A stretch of DNA of 55,485 nucleotides from Octopus bimaculoides (Eukaryota), in NCBI RefSeq assembly GCF_001194135.2, contig NC_068985.1, positions 51,307,128-51,362,612 on the forward strand. The letters run 5' to 3'. The notes under the pieces were generated by a model. That model saw only the letters and a list, made by a program, of their open reading frames with translations, was not told the origin of the DNA and searched no databases. Numbering within the stretch: position 1 is the first letter of the stretch; every line of letters starts with the position of its first letter. A program made the position numbers and the translations under genes. Positions 11,319-22,367 of this stretch are shown one piece after another.

Positions 11319-11454
11319 GAACTGGTTGATCCTGGCTACTGACACTTTGTTGCATATTCAGCTGCTCAGGCACTGACTCAGTAGATGAACTGGATGATCC
11401 TGGCTATTAACACTTTGTTGGGTGTTCATCAGCTCAGGTAGAGACTCAACAGAT
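11319..11454. repeat. 68-bp degenerate tandem duplication (2 copies)
   Basis: gaactgg(t/a)tgatcctggcta(c/t)t(g/a)acactttgttg...gctcagg...gactca..agat starts at 11319 and 11387. Confidence 0.8.
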
Positions 11455-11504
11455 TCATCTGCTGATTCATGTTGGGTCCCATAATTTCAATGTATCCTGG
11501 CTCA

Positions 11505-11916
11505 TTTTACACTTTTGCTCTTTTACACTTTTACTTGTTTCAGTCATTTGACTGCGGCCATGTTGGAGCACCGCCTTTAGTCGAGCAAATCGACCCCAGG
11601 ACTTATTCTTTGGAAGCCTAGTACTTATTCTATCGGTCTCTTTTGCTGAACCGCTAAGTTATGGGGACGTAAACACACCAGCATCGGTTGTCAAGCGATG
11701 TTGGGGGGACAAACACAGACACACATACATATACATATATATATACATATATACGACGAGCTTCTTTCAGTTTCCGTCTACTAAATCCACTCACAAGGCT
11801 TTGGTCGGCCCAAGGCTATAGTAGAAGACACTTACCCAAGGTGCCACGCAGTGGGACTGAACCCAGAACCATGTGGTTGGTAAGCAAGCTACTTACCACA
11901 CAGCCACTCCCGCGCC
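11505..11916 (-). mobile_element. S1 SINE, full length, low divergence
   Basis: Complete reverse complement: (ttttact)n tail, core, internal (CA/TA)n, body and tRNA-like head ending cacagccactcccgcgcc. Confidence 0.9.
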
Positions 11917-12579
11917 ATATAGTTATATACTACTTAGCCCATAGCTAGAACCCTAACAAATGCTCGCTACTACTCCAGGTCAGAGTAGACCTAGGATCAC
12001 TAATGGCTAAGAAGTGAGTCCACACTTCTCCAAACACTGGAAGTCCTGAACCAGGGCCTCATCACCAGAAACAGTTCAAAGTCATACTTAAGACATTAAA
12101 AGTGAACATTAAAATGATGGTGATGATGATGATGCTTGGTGGGGGTATCTGAAAGGTGAGAGATGAATGAAGAAGGCATGCAAGCGATTAGCTAAACTCA
12201 TAGGAAGTTAAGTTTTTGTTTGCTTGAATGTACAAAAGAAACGGATGTCTGATTGTGATCGGGAAATTTAATTGGTTTAATTTTACTGTCCTCTGACACA
12301 TTATATATTGCTGCCATGTTAAGAGAAGGGATTGGCACCAAACACTGTCTTATACTTGGACTAAATATAACTGAGGCAATACAAGCAGGCCGTACACGCA
12401 AGCTGTACACACATCTACACACATATACACACGTGCAATACACAAGGACACATAGGCCTATGCACATAAACACATAAAGAGTAATCAAATATAAGCAGTC
12501 ATGTACAGGCAAACACAACCATTACAGGAGTGCATGTATACGTAAATATGGCACTTAGATAAACATATAGCTACTCACG

Positions 12580-12637
<58 letters not shown>

Positions 12638-12974
12638 CTCTGGAGCTCAAACAAAAGAAGACCTGTCACCCTGTTAGTGACCAGCTTTCTGTAAAAAATT
12701 TAGTCTCACTCACTCACCTAATTGTTCATTCATTCATGCAGGTGTGCATGAATGAATGAGAGAGGAACTATGCAGGTATGCATGGATACATATATACATA
12801 ATACATACATGTCTGAGCTGAAATTACAAGAGAGAGAGAGAAAGAGAGAGAGAAGATGTATGATTGACTCACCAACAGATTGTTTTCAGTGAAGAATTTA
12901 AGACCGACCAGGAAGTTGTGAGAAGGAAACTGTTCTGTTAATAGCCACTCAGAGAACAAGGTTACAAGGTTAGA

Positions 12975-13240
12975 AGAAATGAATATGACTTGCTCATATA
13001 TTTTCTACAAGCTGTAATAACCTCTATGTAGTTGTTCAGTCTGCTAGAAGTAGCAACTGAATCAACCTCGAAGTACAGTCTACTGCTTTAAAACAGTATT
13101 ATAACACTTTCAGTGCTGGAATCAGATATTTACCAAATATTTCACTACCTTCAACTGTGAAAAGCAGTTTTATGTACCAATCTATCTTTTGCAGAAGAAT
13201 ATTATGATTGAAATTATTTGCTGTGGAGGGAAAAGGACCG
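12975..13240 (-). mobile_element. S4 repeat plus adjacent segment
   Basis: ctgctagaagtagcaactgaatc...; the S4 part and the following gcagttttat.taccaatctatcttt segment recur in the same order at 43530-43870. Confidence 0.5.
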
Positions 13241-13590
13241 AAATATCTGGCACCTAGATGTACTCAAGAGGACCCATCCTCCATAGCACAAGTGCTAAGG
13301 TTGCATCCCCTGGTGAAGAGGATTGGCCAGTAAGAGTCTTGTACTGTTGCCATGTAAAAATCACTCATATCAGTGCCATGTAATAAGAACTCGTGCCAGT
13401 GCCACATAGGAGTGCTCGTGCCAGTGGGGTGTTAAAAGCACCTAGCACACACTGTAAAATGGTTGGTATTAAGAAGGGCATCCAGCTGCAGAAACCAAGC
13501 CAAATCGGACTGGAACCTGGAGTAGCTTCCCAACTTGCTAGCTGTGGGAAAACTGTCTAACTCATGCCAGCATGGAAAGATGATGATGAT
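13232..13590 (+). mobile_element. RTE LINE 3' fragment including last ORF codons
   Basis: Translates KDRNIWHLDVLKRTHPP* (cf. 48095 copy DHDMWCISVLEKT); then aagaagggcatccagctg...catgccagcatggaaagatgatgatgat. Confidence 0.65.
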
Positions 13591-14304
13591 AATATAGGTG
13601 CAGGCATCTACACCAATATCAAAAGTATTAATGGCACTAAAGGGTAGAGGCTATGGTAAGGAGTTTTTTTCTCAGCCACATGCTTCCAGGTTCAGCCCCA
13701 CTGTGTGGCACCTTGCACAATTATATTCTACTGTAGCCCCAAGCTGACCTTCAGCATATAAGTTGCAGAGGTATTTTGGGGAGGAATTCTTGGGAAAAAA
13801 AAAGTGTGCCTTATATGAGAGAAAGTACAAAAATTTTATTATTATATTATGTATTATACACTTTATTTCTCTTCTTGTCACCTACTAATAGATGTAATAC
13901 AACTTACCATAATGCAGAATCAATGAGAGTCCTAAACTTGTTTCCCTTTCTTCCAAAGAAGATCCCCAACAATTTTTGTTTTTTTACTTATTTTTGCTAG
14001 AATTAGGGTAGTGTAACTAAGTTCTCATCCTAAGAAAACTTTATCATACTTAAATAAACCAATTTTCTATAAAATATTATGCAATAAATCATTAACAAAT
14101 AAACACTAGAAAAGATGAAATATTTCTAGAATGTAAATAAAAAACAGAATTTAACACTTTTGTTGCAGTTAACAGTTAGCTTGAGGTGCATTCAGAAGAC
14201 TGTGACTTGGACAAGTGCAGGAAAATGCACCGACAAAAGTGGCAGTTGTTCAAAATAAAACAGTGCAGATTGTGATAGTCAATAAAATTCAAAAATGTAT
14301 TCTT

Positions 14305-14490
14305 TGTGTGTGGCCTGGTAGCAAATAGTGCAGTACTAGTCTGTGGCCTGATACTGGTCTATGGCCCAACACTGGTCTGTGACCTGACGCTGGTAAGTGG
14401 CTCGATACTGGTTTGCAGCCTGATACTATTCTATGGTTCAATACTGATCTGCATCCCAGTGGTTGGTTACCTTGGCCCTAGACTGGTAAA
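14305..14490. repeat. Degenerate 18-bp minisatellite (~9 units)
   Basis: Unit approx ctggtctgtggcctgata, e.g. ctagtctgtggcctgata, ctggtctatggcccaaca, ctggtctgtgacctgacg, ctggtaagtggctcgata, ctggtttgcagcctgata. Confidence 0.85.
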
Positions 14491-14868
14491 ATCTCACACA
14501 CCGACAAACTATTGGATCACAGAGAGTTGTTTCTTCTCTCTGACTTTTCTGTCACTATAAATCTTTTCTGAACTAGTAATAAGCTTTGTACCACATCAAC
14601 CCAAGAAGTGATACACAACTAGTAAGCTGTGTACCACTACCCATCTCACCCTCCTAACTAAATCTCATCTCCAGACTTTCACTAGACACTTTATCCAGTT
14701 ATTCCTCTCAACACTGTAACTTCTCTTTTCTGAAATTTCATGAGTTCAAAATAAACAGGGATGGATTTCCAATAAACTAATAATTAATGACAAAGTTGAT
14801 GATCATCAACTACACCAATATCAAAAGTATTAATGGCATTAAACACAATAAACGTTGTCCTCCATTAA

Positions 14869-15225
14869 CCCTTCTAATACCAACTTGCCTGAGACCAACC
14901 TTGGGTCTATGATAGAGACCTCTTGTATTAAAGTGATTTAAATTAAAACTTTTCTCCCCATCAATATTTCATGTTAATTTGCCAAATTATTCATTAATTT
15001 CAAAATTAATTGAAACAAAGACAGTGTATTTCAAAAAGAAATATCATAAAAGGGTTAAAGTTATCTAAGGTAAAACCTTCCACCAGAATTTCACATTGAT
15101 TAATGTTCCAAATATTAGCTTCATAATGACAAAGTTAGTTTACCAAATTCTTCATTAATTTCAAAATTAATTGAAACAAAAGCAGTATATTTCAAACAGA
15201 ATTATGGTAGCAAAACAGATGAAAT
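14869..15225 (+). mobile_element. MITE B (TTAA-specific): one TIR-bounded copy 14869-15054 plus an adjacent 3' half copy 15059-15225
   Basis: TTAA(14865-68)|CCCTTCTAATAC...ATAAAAGGG|TTAA(15055-58); ttcattaattttcaaaattaattgaaacaaa occurs twice; homologues at 35660, 36250, 39598, 49871. Confidence 0.75.
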
Positions 15226-15669
15226 GATTTACATTGCATGCTAAAGTGTAAATAGCCAGGTAGATCACATGCTAAAATGGCATTGTATTTCAACAAATAT
15301 ATGGTGGGGGGAAAAAAAATTAACTGACTAATGAGCAACAAAATCTTATGACCTAAGCCTTGAAATAACTGTAAATCAATCCCAACCATTAAACTCCATT
15401 CTCACAGTGCAACACTAGCTTTGGCAACAATGTTCCACTTCACTCTGTAAGATGTGCAAATGTAATGAACAACTAGGAAAGTTTGCATCAAAGGAAAAAA
15501 AAAAACAAGAAAACTAGAAAGGAAGGAAGGAAGCGGGAAGAAAGGTAAATAAAAGATAAGAAAATATATAAATATATAAAGTGTCAGTACAAAACAGTTC
15601 AAATGTCGTCATTCTGTTTGCTGGTGTGTGAATCTGCTTACATCTGTTACTTGCAATTCCACCAGGTGA

Positions 15670-16510
15670 TGATGAAAATAATGGTTTCAAATTTTGGCAC
15701 AAGGCCAGCAAATTTAGCAGGAGGAGGAAGTGAATTACACAACCATCCCATCACTTTCCCCAGTATTCAACTGGTACTTATTTTTATCACCTCTGAAATG
15801 ATGCAAGACAAAGTTGATCTTCCTGGATTTGAAGCCAGAAGGAATGCCACCAAGCATTTAGTCTAGCACACTAACAATTGAGCTAGCCTGCCACCTGTTT
15901 AATTATGATTCTTTCTAATTTGGGGGAAGTGGAATAGGCAATTGCATCAATCCCAGGGCTAAACCCTGAAATGACGCAAGGCAAAGTTGAACTTAGTGAA
16001 ATTTGAACCCAGAAGAAATGCTGCTAACAATTTTGTCAGGAATGGTAACAATTTTGCAAGTGCGTCACCTTTATAATAATAATTGCTTCGAATTTGGGGG
16101 AGGGAGGTCGTTAATTGTGTCAACCCCAGTGCTAAACTGATACTTATTTTCATCAACCCCTATCCACCAACTGAATGAAAAGTGAAGTTGACCATGGTAG
16201 AATCTGAACTCAAAATGTTAAAAAATGACAGCAGATATGCCACCAAGCATTTTCTCCTGATGTTCTAACCATTGTACCAGCTTGCCACTTTTATAATAAT
16301 AATAACAATAATGGTTTCAAATTTTGGCACAAGGCCACCAATTTTGGGGAACAGGGTAAGTCAATTACATCAACTAAAGGGCTCAACTGGGACTTATTTT
16401 ATCTACCCCTGAAAAGATGAAAGGCAAAATTGACTTCAGCAGGATTTGAACTCAGAATGCAAAGAATTCAAAGAAATGCTACAAAGTATTTTGTCAGATG
16501 TGCAAACAGT
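15670..16510 (-). mobile_element. Head-to-tail array of four degenerate S2 SINEs
   Basis: Units approx 15675-15897, 15900-16069, 16070-16289, 16290-16510, each with tail (taa)n-ggtttcaaattttgg, core and head aagcatttt..gctaac..ccagct.gcc. Confidence 0.75.
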
Positions 16511-16613
16511 TTTAATAAACAAACACCTTTAAATGTCTTCTATGATAATTTGATACTTTTCCATCTGGGCAACGTTTGCTATTAATGACAACACAATTAT
16601 TCTGTTCTCAGTC

Positions 16614-16749
16614 ATTCTGTAATGTGATTGCTATATTAATTCTCTAATTCTGTGATTTGGTTCCAGATGCTTTGTAGTTCTTCTGCACGCTATGTAATTC
16701 TGTGATGCAATGCTATATTAATTCTGTAATGTTGTGATTTGGTTCCAGA
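16614..16749. repeat. Local duplication of a ~54-bp segment, 83-bp period
   Basis: attctgt.atg...tgctatattaattct.taat..tgtgatttggttccaga at 16614-16667 and 16697-16749. Confidence 0.75.
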
Positions 16750-17198
16750 ATATTATATTTTGACTCAGGGGAATAAGCTTTAAAGACATTGTTCTTATTT
16801 GATTATTTGTATTTTTTCAATTTATTTTCCTATCCACCCATAATCTTGAGCTTCTATTCAGATAGCTTCTATTGTTCTTCTTCATTTAACCCCTAAACAT
16901 GCGCACATGTGTGTGTGTATAATTACACACACACACATGCATACAGAAACATTGACATTCATTCACAAACACACATCTACTCAGAGTGTCACAAGGACAA
17001 CATGGAAAATGTGTGTGCTTATGTACGTTCCACTCTCACCATACATACATACATACACAAACAGACACACATCTCTCTCTCCATACACACATCTCTCTCT
17101 CCATACACACACACACACAGATTCACATTTTTGCCATGTGTCAGAAAAATAGGGGTATTAATACACACATGTGTGTGTATAGTAATGTTTCTCTCTTC

Positions 17199-17234
<36 letters not shown>

Positions 17235-17280
17235 TTATAACAGTGTCTTTCTGTCCACAGCTCTCTTCTATTTGTGCATG

Positions 17281-17328
<48 letters not shown>

Positions 17329-17568
17329 TGATATTTTTTATGTATATAGATAGATGATAGAAAGAGACAAAGAGCAAGAAAGGAAGAACATCAGGATATC
17401 ATTACACACACACACATATACACACACACATATGCATACACACACATGCACACACACACACACAAACAGGCAAGTAGTAATATCACATACATCAAGATAA
17501 ATCTATTTTTATGTATTTATTTCACCACCCTCACACAACAAACACACGCTCATTTCACAAGCAGATGG

Positions 17569-17605
<37 letters not shown>

Positions 17606-18094
17606 CGTGTGTGCTGAAGCATCAAACATGTATTTTTTGCATGTATTTGGAATATTTTTTGCATGTATTTGGAATATTGCTGTTGTGTCGTTCACACCAA
17701 CCACAAGGTTAGCTGTGACGTTAGTGAAATAGCAGGCTATAAACAGGGATTGAACCCACATCGCAGGTTCTAGTTTTACTCAGTGACAGAGAGAGAGAGA
17801 CTGGCTACATTGACCACCACAAGAAAGAACTTTTGTTACACTCACGCATGTACACACGCACACACCCACCCTCTCCCCTCTCTCACTCCCTCTCCCCTCT
17901 CTNNNNNNNNNNTCCCTCTCCCCTCTCTCACTCCCACTCTCCTCTCTCACTCCCTCTCCCCTCTCTCACTCCCTCTCCCTATGCAGAAACTAAGCTATTG
18001 ACTGAAATAGCTGACTTATCTGTCATCTCTTACTTGCTTCAATCACTGAACAGCAGCCAAGTTGAGACGTCACTCTGAAGGATTTAGTCTACCT

Positions 18095-18420
18095 TGAAGG
18101 GCTTAGTCAAACAAAGTGGCACTGGTACTTAGTTTTTTTTTTTAGGTCTGGTACTTATTCTATTGCTTTCATTTGCTGAACTGCTAAGTTATGGGGGATG
18201 TAAACAAACCAACACCAAGCAGTGGTGGAATATACACCATCACAGATGCACACACACACAGCTGATAGGCTTCCACACAGTTTCTGTCAACCAAATTCAC
18301 TCACCAGGAATTTTTTGGCCTAAGGCGATATAGAAGACTCTTGCCCAAGATGCCATGCAGTGGAACTGAACTTGAAACCATGTGGTTGCAAAGAGAGCTT
18401 CTAAACCACACAGCCATGCC
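18095..18420 (-). mobile_element. S1 SINE, degenerate near full length
   Basis: ggtacttattctattg...ctgctaagttatgggg...caaattcactcac...catgcagtggaactgaac...cacacagccatgcc. Confidence 0.8.
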
Positions 18421-18699
18421 TCTTAATTGTTACTTCAGTGTTACTCAACAGGTTCCTGTGTCTTGCTCTAACTGGAAGCTCTTTGTTTTTCTTGGCTGTC
18501 TCCATAATTTCTGTAATTAAATTTGAAGCTAATCTCTTATCCCTCCACCCCCACCTTTATTAATTTGAACTTTAGTTTTACTCACAATATCATTAAACTA
18601 CTTACAATTATTATGCTTAGAAAGACTCCTTACTTAGCTATAAAGGTTTGTATATTTGATTTTTAGTGTGGTGGTTTGTCATATATTCTTCTTTGGCTG

Positions 18700-19150
18700 T
18701 TCACTAGTTAGGAAGGTTGTAGTGACTATGCTCAAGTTTGAGTTTCCAAGTATTTTATAAACCTGAATCGTTATATTTACAAAGGAACATTCAATAAATT
18801 AATGGATCGATGTTCAAGGAATATAATGGCTTGGAATCTAAAGGGGGAAATACAAATATATGTAGGGCAGTAAGTGATAATGGGGAATCCTGTACAAATG
18901 GATCCAGAACATGCATACTATGCATTGCAGGGAACTACAGTATCATGTAAAAAAAAATTTTTTAATGCTTATTCAATACCAGAAGTGATATTATCCTAAG
19001 GCAGGCATCAAAATCAATTCGTGTTGAGAAATTGGTCAGAGTTACTGACAGGAATAAAATCCTAAGACAAGAGTGGACAGCAGTTAGTAAACAACAACCA
19101 ACTACACTGAAGATCATAGCCAACTACCAAAACTTGTTGAATAGTGGAGA
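18700..19150 (+). pseudogene. Degraded PLE GIY-YIG endonuclease C-terminus and 3' region
   Basis: Interrupted frames read MAWNLKG..., ESCTNGSRTCILCIAG...IM, FNTRSDII, resembling the PLE pattern IWxLK...YxxGSKRCxLCxxEK...LNKRSEL; CTGAAGA hammerhead-like relic at 19107. Confidence 0.45.
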
Positions 19151-19336
19151 CAAACAGAACAAGAGATTAAACAACAAGAATAATACTAAGGTAATGGAAT
19201 GTAACCACTTAAAATATTTGACTTGAATCACCTGAAAGACGCAAGATCATGAAACTCAATGAGTGACCAAATCTTTAAGGTGCATGTGTGTACATGTATG
19301 GGAGTGTACATATGACCGGATAAATAGATAGGTAGA

Positions 19337-19351
19337 TAGGTAAACAGAGAC

Positions 19352-19394
<43 letters not shown>

Positions 19395-19450
19395 CAGATA
19401 GGTAGATAGATAGACAGGTAGACTGATTGATAAATGGATAGATGGATGGG
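19337..19450. repeat. (GATA)n microsatellite
   Basis: Direct reading; a longer (GATA)n is at 24848-24960. Confidence 0.95.
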
Positions 19451-19740
19451 TGTGTCTTATTTCACTCATAAAACTAAATTATATGGAGCTGAGTCAAACT
19501 TATTGAAAATATATGTAGCTCCTATCAAATATGTTGAGAGCCATTTTCTTCTGCTTGTACTCTCACTCATGTGTTTATATATATACATATATACACACAC
19601 ATATATATGAGCACATTCATACACACAAACACATTCATAATAATATAACTTTCCACACCAGAGCTTCCCAAAGTACAGATGTAATGACCGAAGATGCTCC
19701 TAAAAACTCCTCTCTCTCTTACTAATAGTATTTGCATCAT

Positions 19741-20105
19741 TCGAATTTAAATTCCACCGAGGCTGACTTTGCCTTTCATCCTTTCGGGGTTGATAAATTA
19801 AGTACCAGTTGAGTACTGGGGTTGATGTAATCGACTTACACTCTCCTTTGAAATTGCTGGCCTTGTGCCAAAATTTCCATAAACCAATATTCTTTTCTAC
19901 TCTAGGCACAATGCCCCAAATTTTTGGAGAGGGGGCCAGTTGATTAGATTGACCTCAGTATACAACTGGTACTTAATTTATCGACCCCGAAAGGATAAAA
20001 ACGCAAAATCGACCTCGGTGGAATTTGAATTTGGAACATAAAGACAAACAAAATACTGCTAAGCATTTTGCCTGGCGTGCTAATGTTTCTGCCAGCTCGT
20101 TGCCT
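19741..20105. mobile_element. Tail-to-tail inverted pair of S2 SINEs (+ 19741-19880; - 19905-20105)
   Basis: ccaccgagg..gactttgcctttcatcctttcggggttgataaattaagtaccagttg vs caactggtacttaatttatcgaccccgaaaggataaaa..gcaaaatcgacctcggtgg. Confidence 0.85.
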
Positions 20106-21295
20106 TTCCTTGAACCAATATTATTTGCATCATTAAGGAATTCTTTCCATTTCTCCAAACCTATCATATACCTTGACAAAATTATATTTGTTGTATGTTG
20201 TTTTTTTTTCATATTTACACAAAAGATTAGATTTATTTACTATTCTTACTTCAATATGATTTTCTTGAGTTCAGTTTTGTTAGCTTTGAAATTGTCAGCA
20301 TACCAACAGATGGAATGTTTGTTTAGGCTGCAATAATATTCCAGTGAAGTTGCTACAACAGAATCAATGAACTTTGGACAGAACCCTATAAGACTGGACA
20401 ACCAAATAAACAAAACAGAAGGTAAGGAGGGAAAACATAAAAACATTAGAAAAGAAATATGGTCCCCCCNNNNNNNNNNNNNNNNNNNNNNNNNNNNNNN
20501 NNNNNNNNNNNNNNNNNNNNNNNNNNNNNNNNNNNNNNNNNNNNNNNNNNNNNNNNNNNNNNNNNNNNNNNNNNNNNNNNNNNNNNNNNNNNNNNNNNNN
20601 NNNNNNNNNNNNNNNNNNNNNNNNNNNNNNNNNNNNNNNNNNNNNNNNNNNNNNNNNNNNNNNNNNNNNNNNNNNNNNNNNNNNNNNNNNNNNNNNNNNN
20701 NNNNNNNNNNNNNNNNNNNNNNNNNNNNNNNNNNNNNNNNNNNNNNNNNNNNNNNNNNNNNNNNNNNNNNNNNNNNNNNNNNNNNNNNNNNNNNNNNNNN
20801 NNNNNNNNNNNNNNNNNNNNNNNNNNNNNNNNNNNNNNNNNNNNNNNNNNNNNNNNNNNNNNNNNNNNNNNNNNNNNNNNNNNNNNNNNNNNNNNNNNNN
20901 NNNNNNNNNNNNNNNNNNNNNNNNNNNNNNNNNNNNNNNNNNNNNNNNNNNNNNNNNNNNNNNNNNNNNNNNNNNNNNNNNNNNNNNNNNNNNNNNNNNN
21001 NNNNNNNNNNNNNNNNNNNNNNNNNNNNNNNNNNNNNNNNNNNNNNNNNNNNNNNNNNNNNNNNNNNNNNNNNNNNNNNNNNNNNNNNNNNNNNNNNNNN
21101 NNNNNNNNNNNNNNNNNNNNNNNNNNNNNNNNNNNNNNNNNNNNNNNNNNNNNNNNNNNNNNNNNNNNNNNNNNNNNNNNNNNNNNNNNNNNNNNNNNNN
21201 NNNNNNNNNNNNNNNNNNNNNNNNNNNNNNNNNNNNNNNNNNNNNNNNNNNNNNNNNNNNNNNNNNNNNNNNNNNNNATATATATATACACACAA

Positions 21296-21452
21296 TGAAA
21301 ATCTTTCAGTTTCCGTCTACCAAATCGACTCACAACCCTTTGGTTGGCCCAAGGTTATAGTAGAAGACACTTGTCCAAGGAGACACGCAGTGGGACTGAA
21401 TCCAGAACCATGTGGTTGTTAAGCAAGCTTCTTACCACACAGCCCCGCCTGT
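21296..21452 (-). mobile_element. S1 SINE 5' half
   Basis: ctttcagtttccgtctaccaaatc...gcagtgggactgaatccagaaccatgtggttg...cttaccacacagcc. Confidence 0.85.
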
Positions 21453-21498
21453 GCCTATCTATCTATCTATCTATCTATATATATATATATATATATAT

Positions 21499-21832
21499 AT
21501 ATAGCAATAAGAAAATGGAGGGGATTAATAGGTGGTATTCATCAACCAGTAGACATTATATTATGTTAATGTACTTGTGTATTTACTAAAAGGACAATTA
21601 TAACAATATACAAACACATATGACATATTATGACTTATATCAGTAATTATAAAAATATAAGATATAGTAATAGAAATATTTTAATAATTACTGATATAAG
21701 ACATAATAAGTCATATGTGTTTGTATATTGTTATAATTGTCCTTTTAGTAAATAAACAACTAATTTGACATAATATGTCTATAAGTTGATGAATACCACA
21801 TATTAATCCATTCCATTTTCTTATTACTATAT
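21499..21832. repeat. Long imperfect palindrome (foldback), ~150-bp arms
   Basis: Left arm gcaataagaaaatgga...cagtaattat(21650) pairs with ataattactg(21684)...ccattttcttattac; central ~75 bp near-perfect, outer part with mismatches and small indels. Confidence 0.9.
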
Positions 21833-22002
21833 AAATTAATGGTAAAATAACTTTTTACCCCCACCCATTTATTGCACTTGGTAATGTAATTGCCATGCAA
21901 TGAAAAATCACTAGTGTACTAATAAATGGGTATTTTACCAGCAGTATATTGGATAGATATTATCCCATAGTGGTTTGGATTCACAACCCCTAACTTTCTT
22001 GG

Positions 22003-22038
<36 letters not shown>

Positions 22039-22039
22039 G

Positions 22040-22241
22040 AGAATATACAAATAATAACAACAAACGAGGACAGTTGGTGTAAATAACAAAAGTATATATT
22101 AGTATGACGCTCGGGAATACGGAAAGTCTTTGACATTTCGAGCTACGCTCTTCAACAGAAAGAATACGGAGACAAGGAGAAAAACACGGAGAAAAAAAAA
22201 TTGAGAAAAAAAATTGAATAGTGTTCAGTCAACGGTCAATC
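22040..22241 (-). mobile_element. Probable PLE terminal fragment
   Basis: Reverse strand ctgttgaagagcgtagctcgaaatgtcaaagac resembles the CTGATGA..GAAA terminal motif of PLEs; flanked by (TA)n and a gap. Confidence 0.4.
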
Positions 22242-22367
22242 NNNNNNNNNNNNNNNNNNNNNNNNNNNNNNNNNNNNNNNNNNNNNNNNNNNNNNNNNNN
22301 NNNNNNNNNNNNNNNNNNNNNNNNNNNNNNNNNNNNNNNNNNNNNNNNNNNNNNNNNNNNNNNNNNN

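Noticed and set aside
12198-12518. 106-aa minus-strand ORF ending MAAIYNVSEDSKIKPIKFPDHNQ...
   Set aside because: N-terminal half is microsatellite-derived; remainder has no recognisable motif or clear exon boundary.
17745-17820. Minus-strand A-box/B-box (ggttcaatccc) tRNA-like segment
   Set aside because: No acceptor stem pairing and interrupted by (CT)n; at most a decayed SINE head.
22110-22165. Minus-strand CTGTTGA-AGAGC..GCTC-GAAA hammerhead-like motif
   Set aside because: Core A6 altered and no complementary stem I found; kept only as a PLE-like signature.
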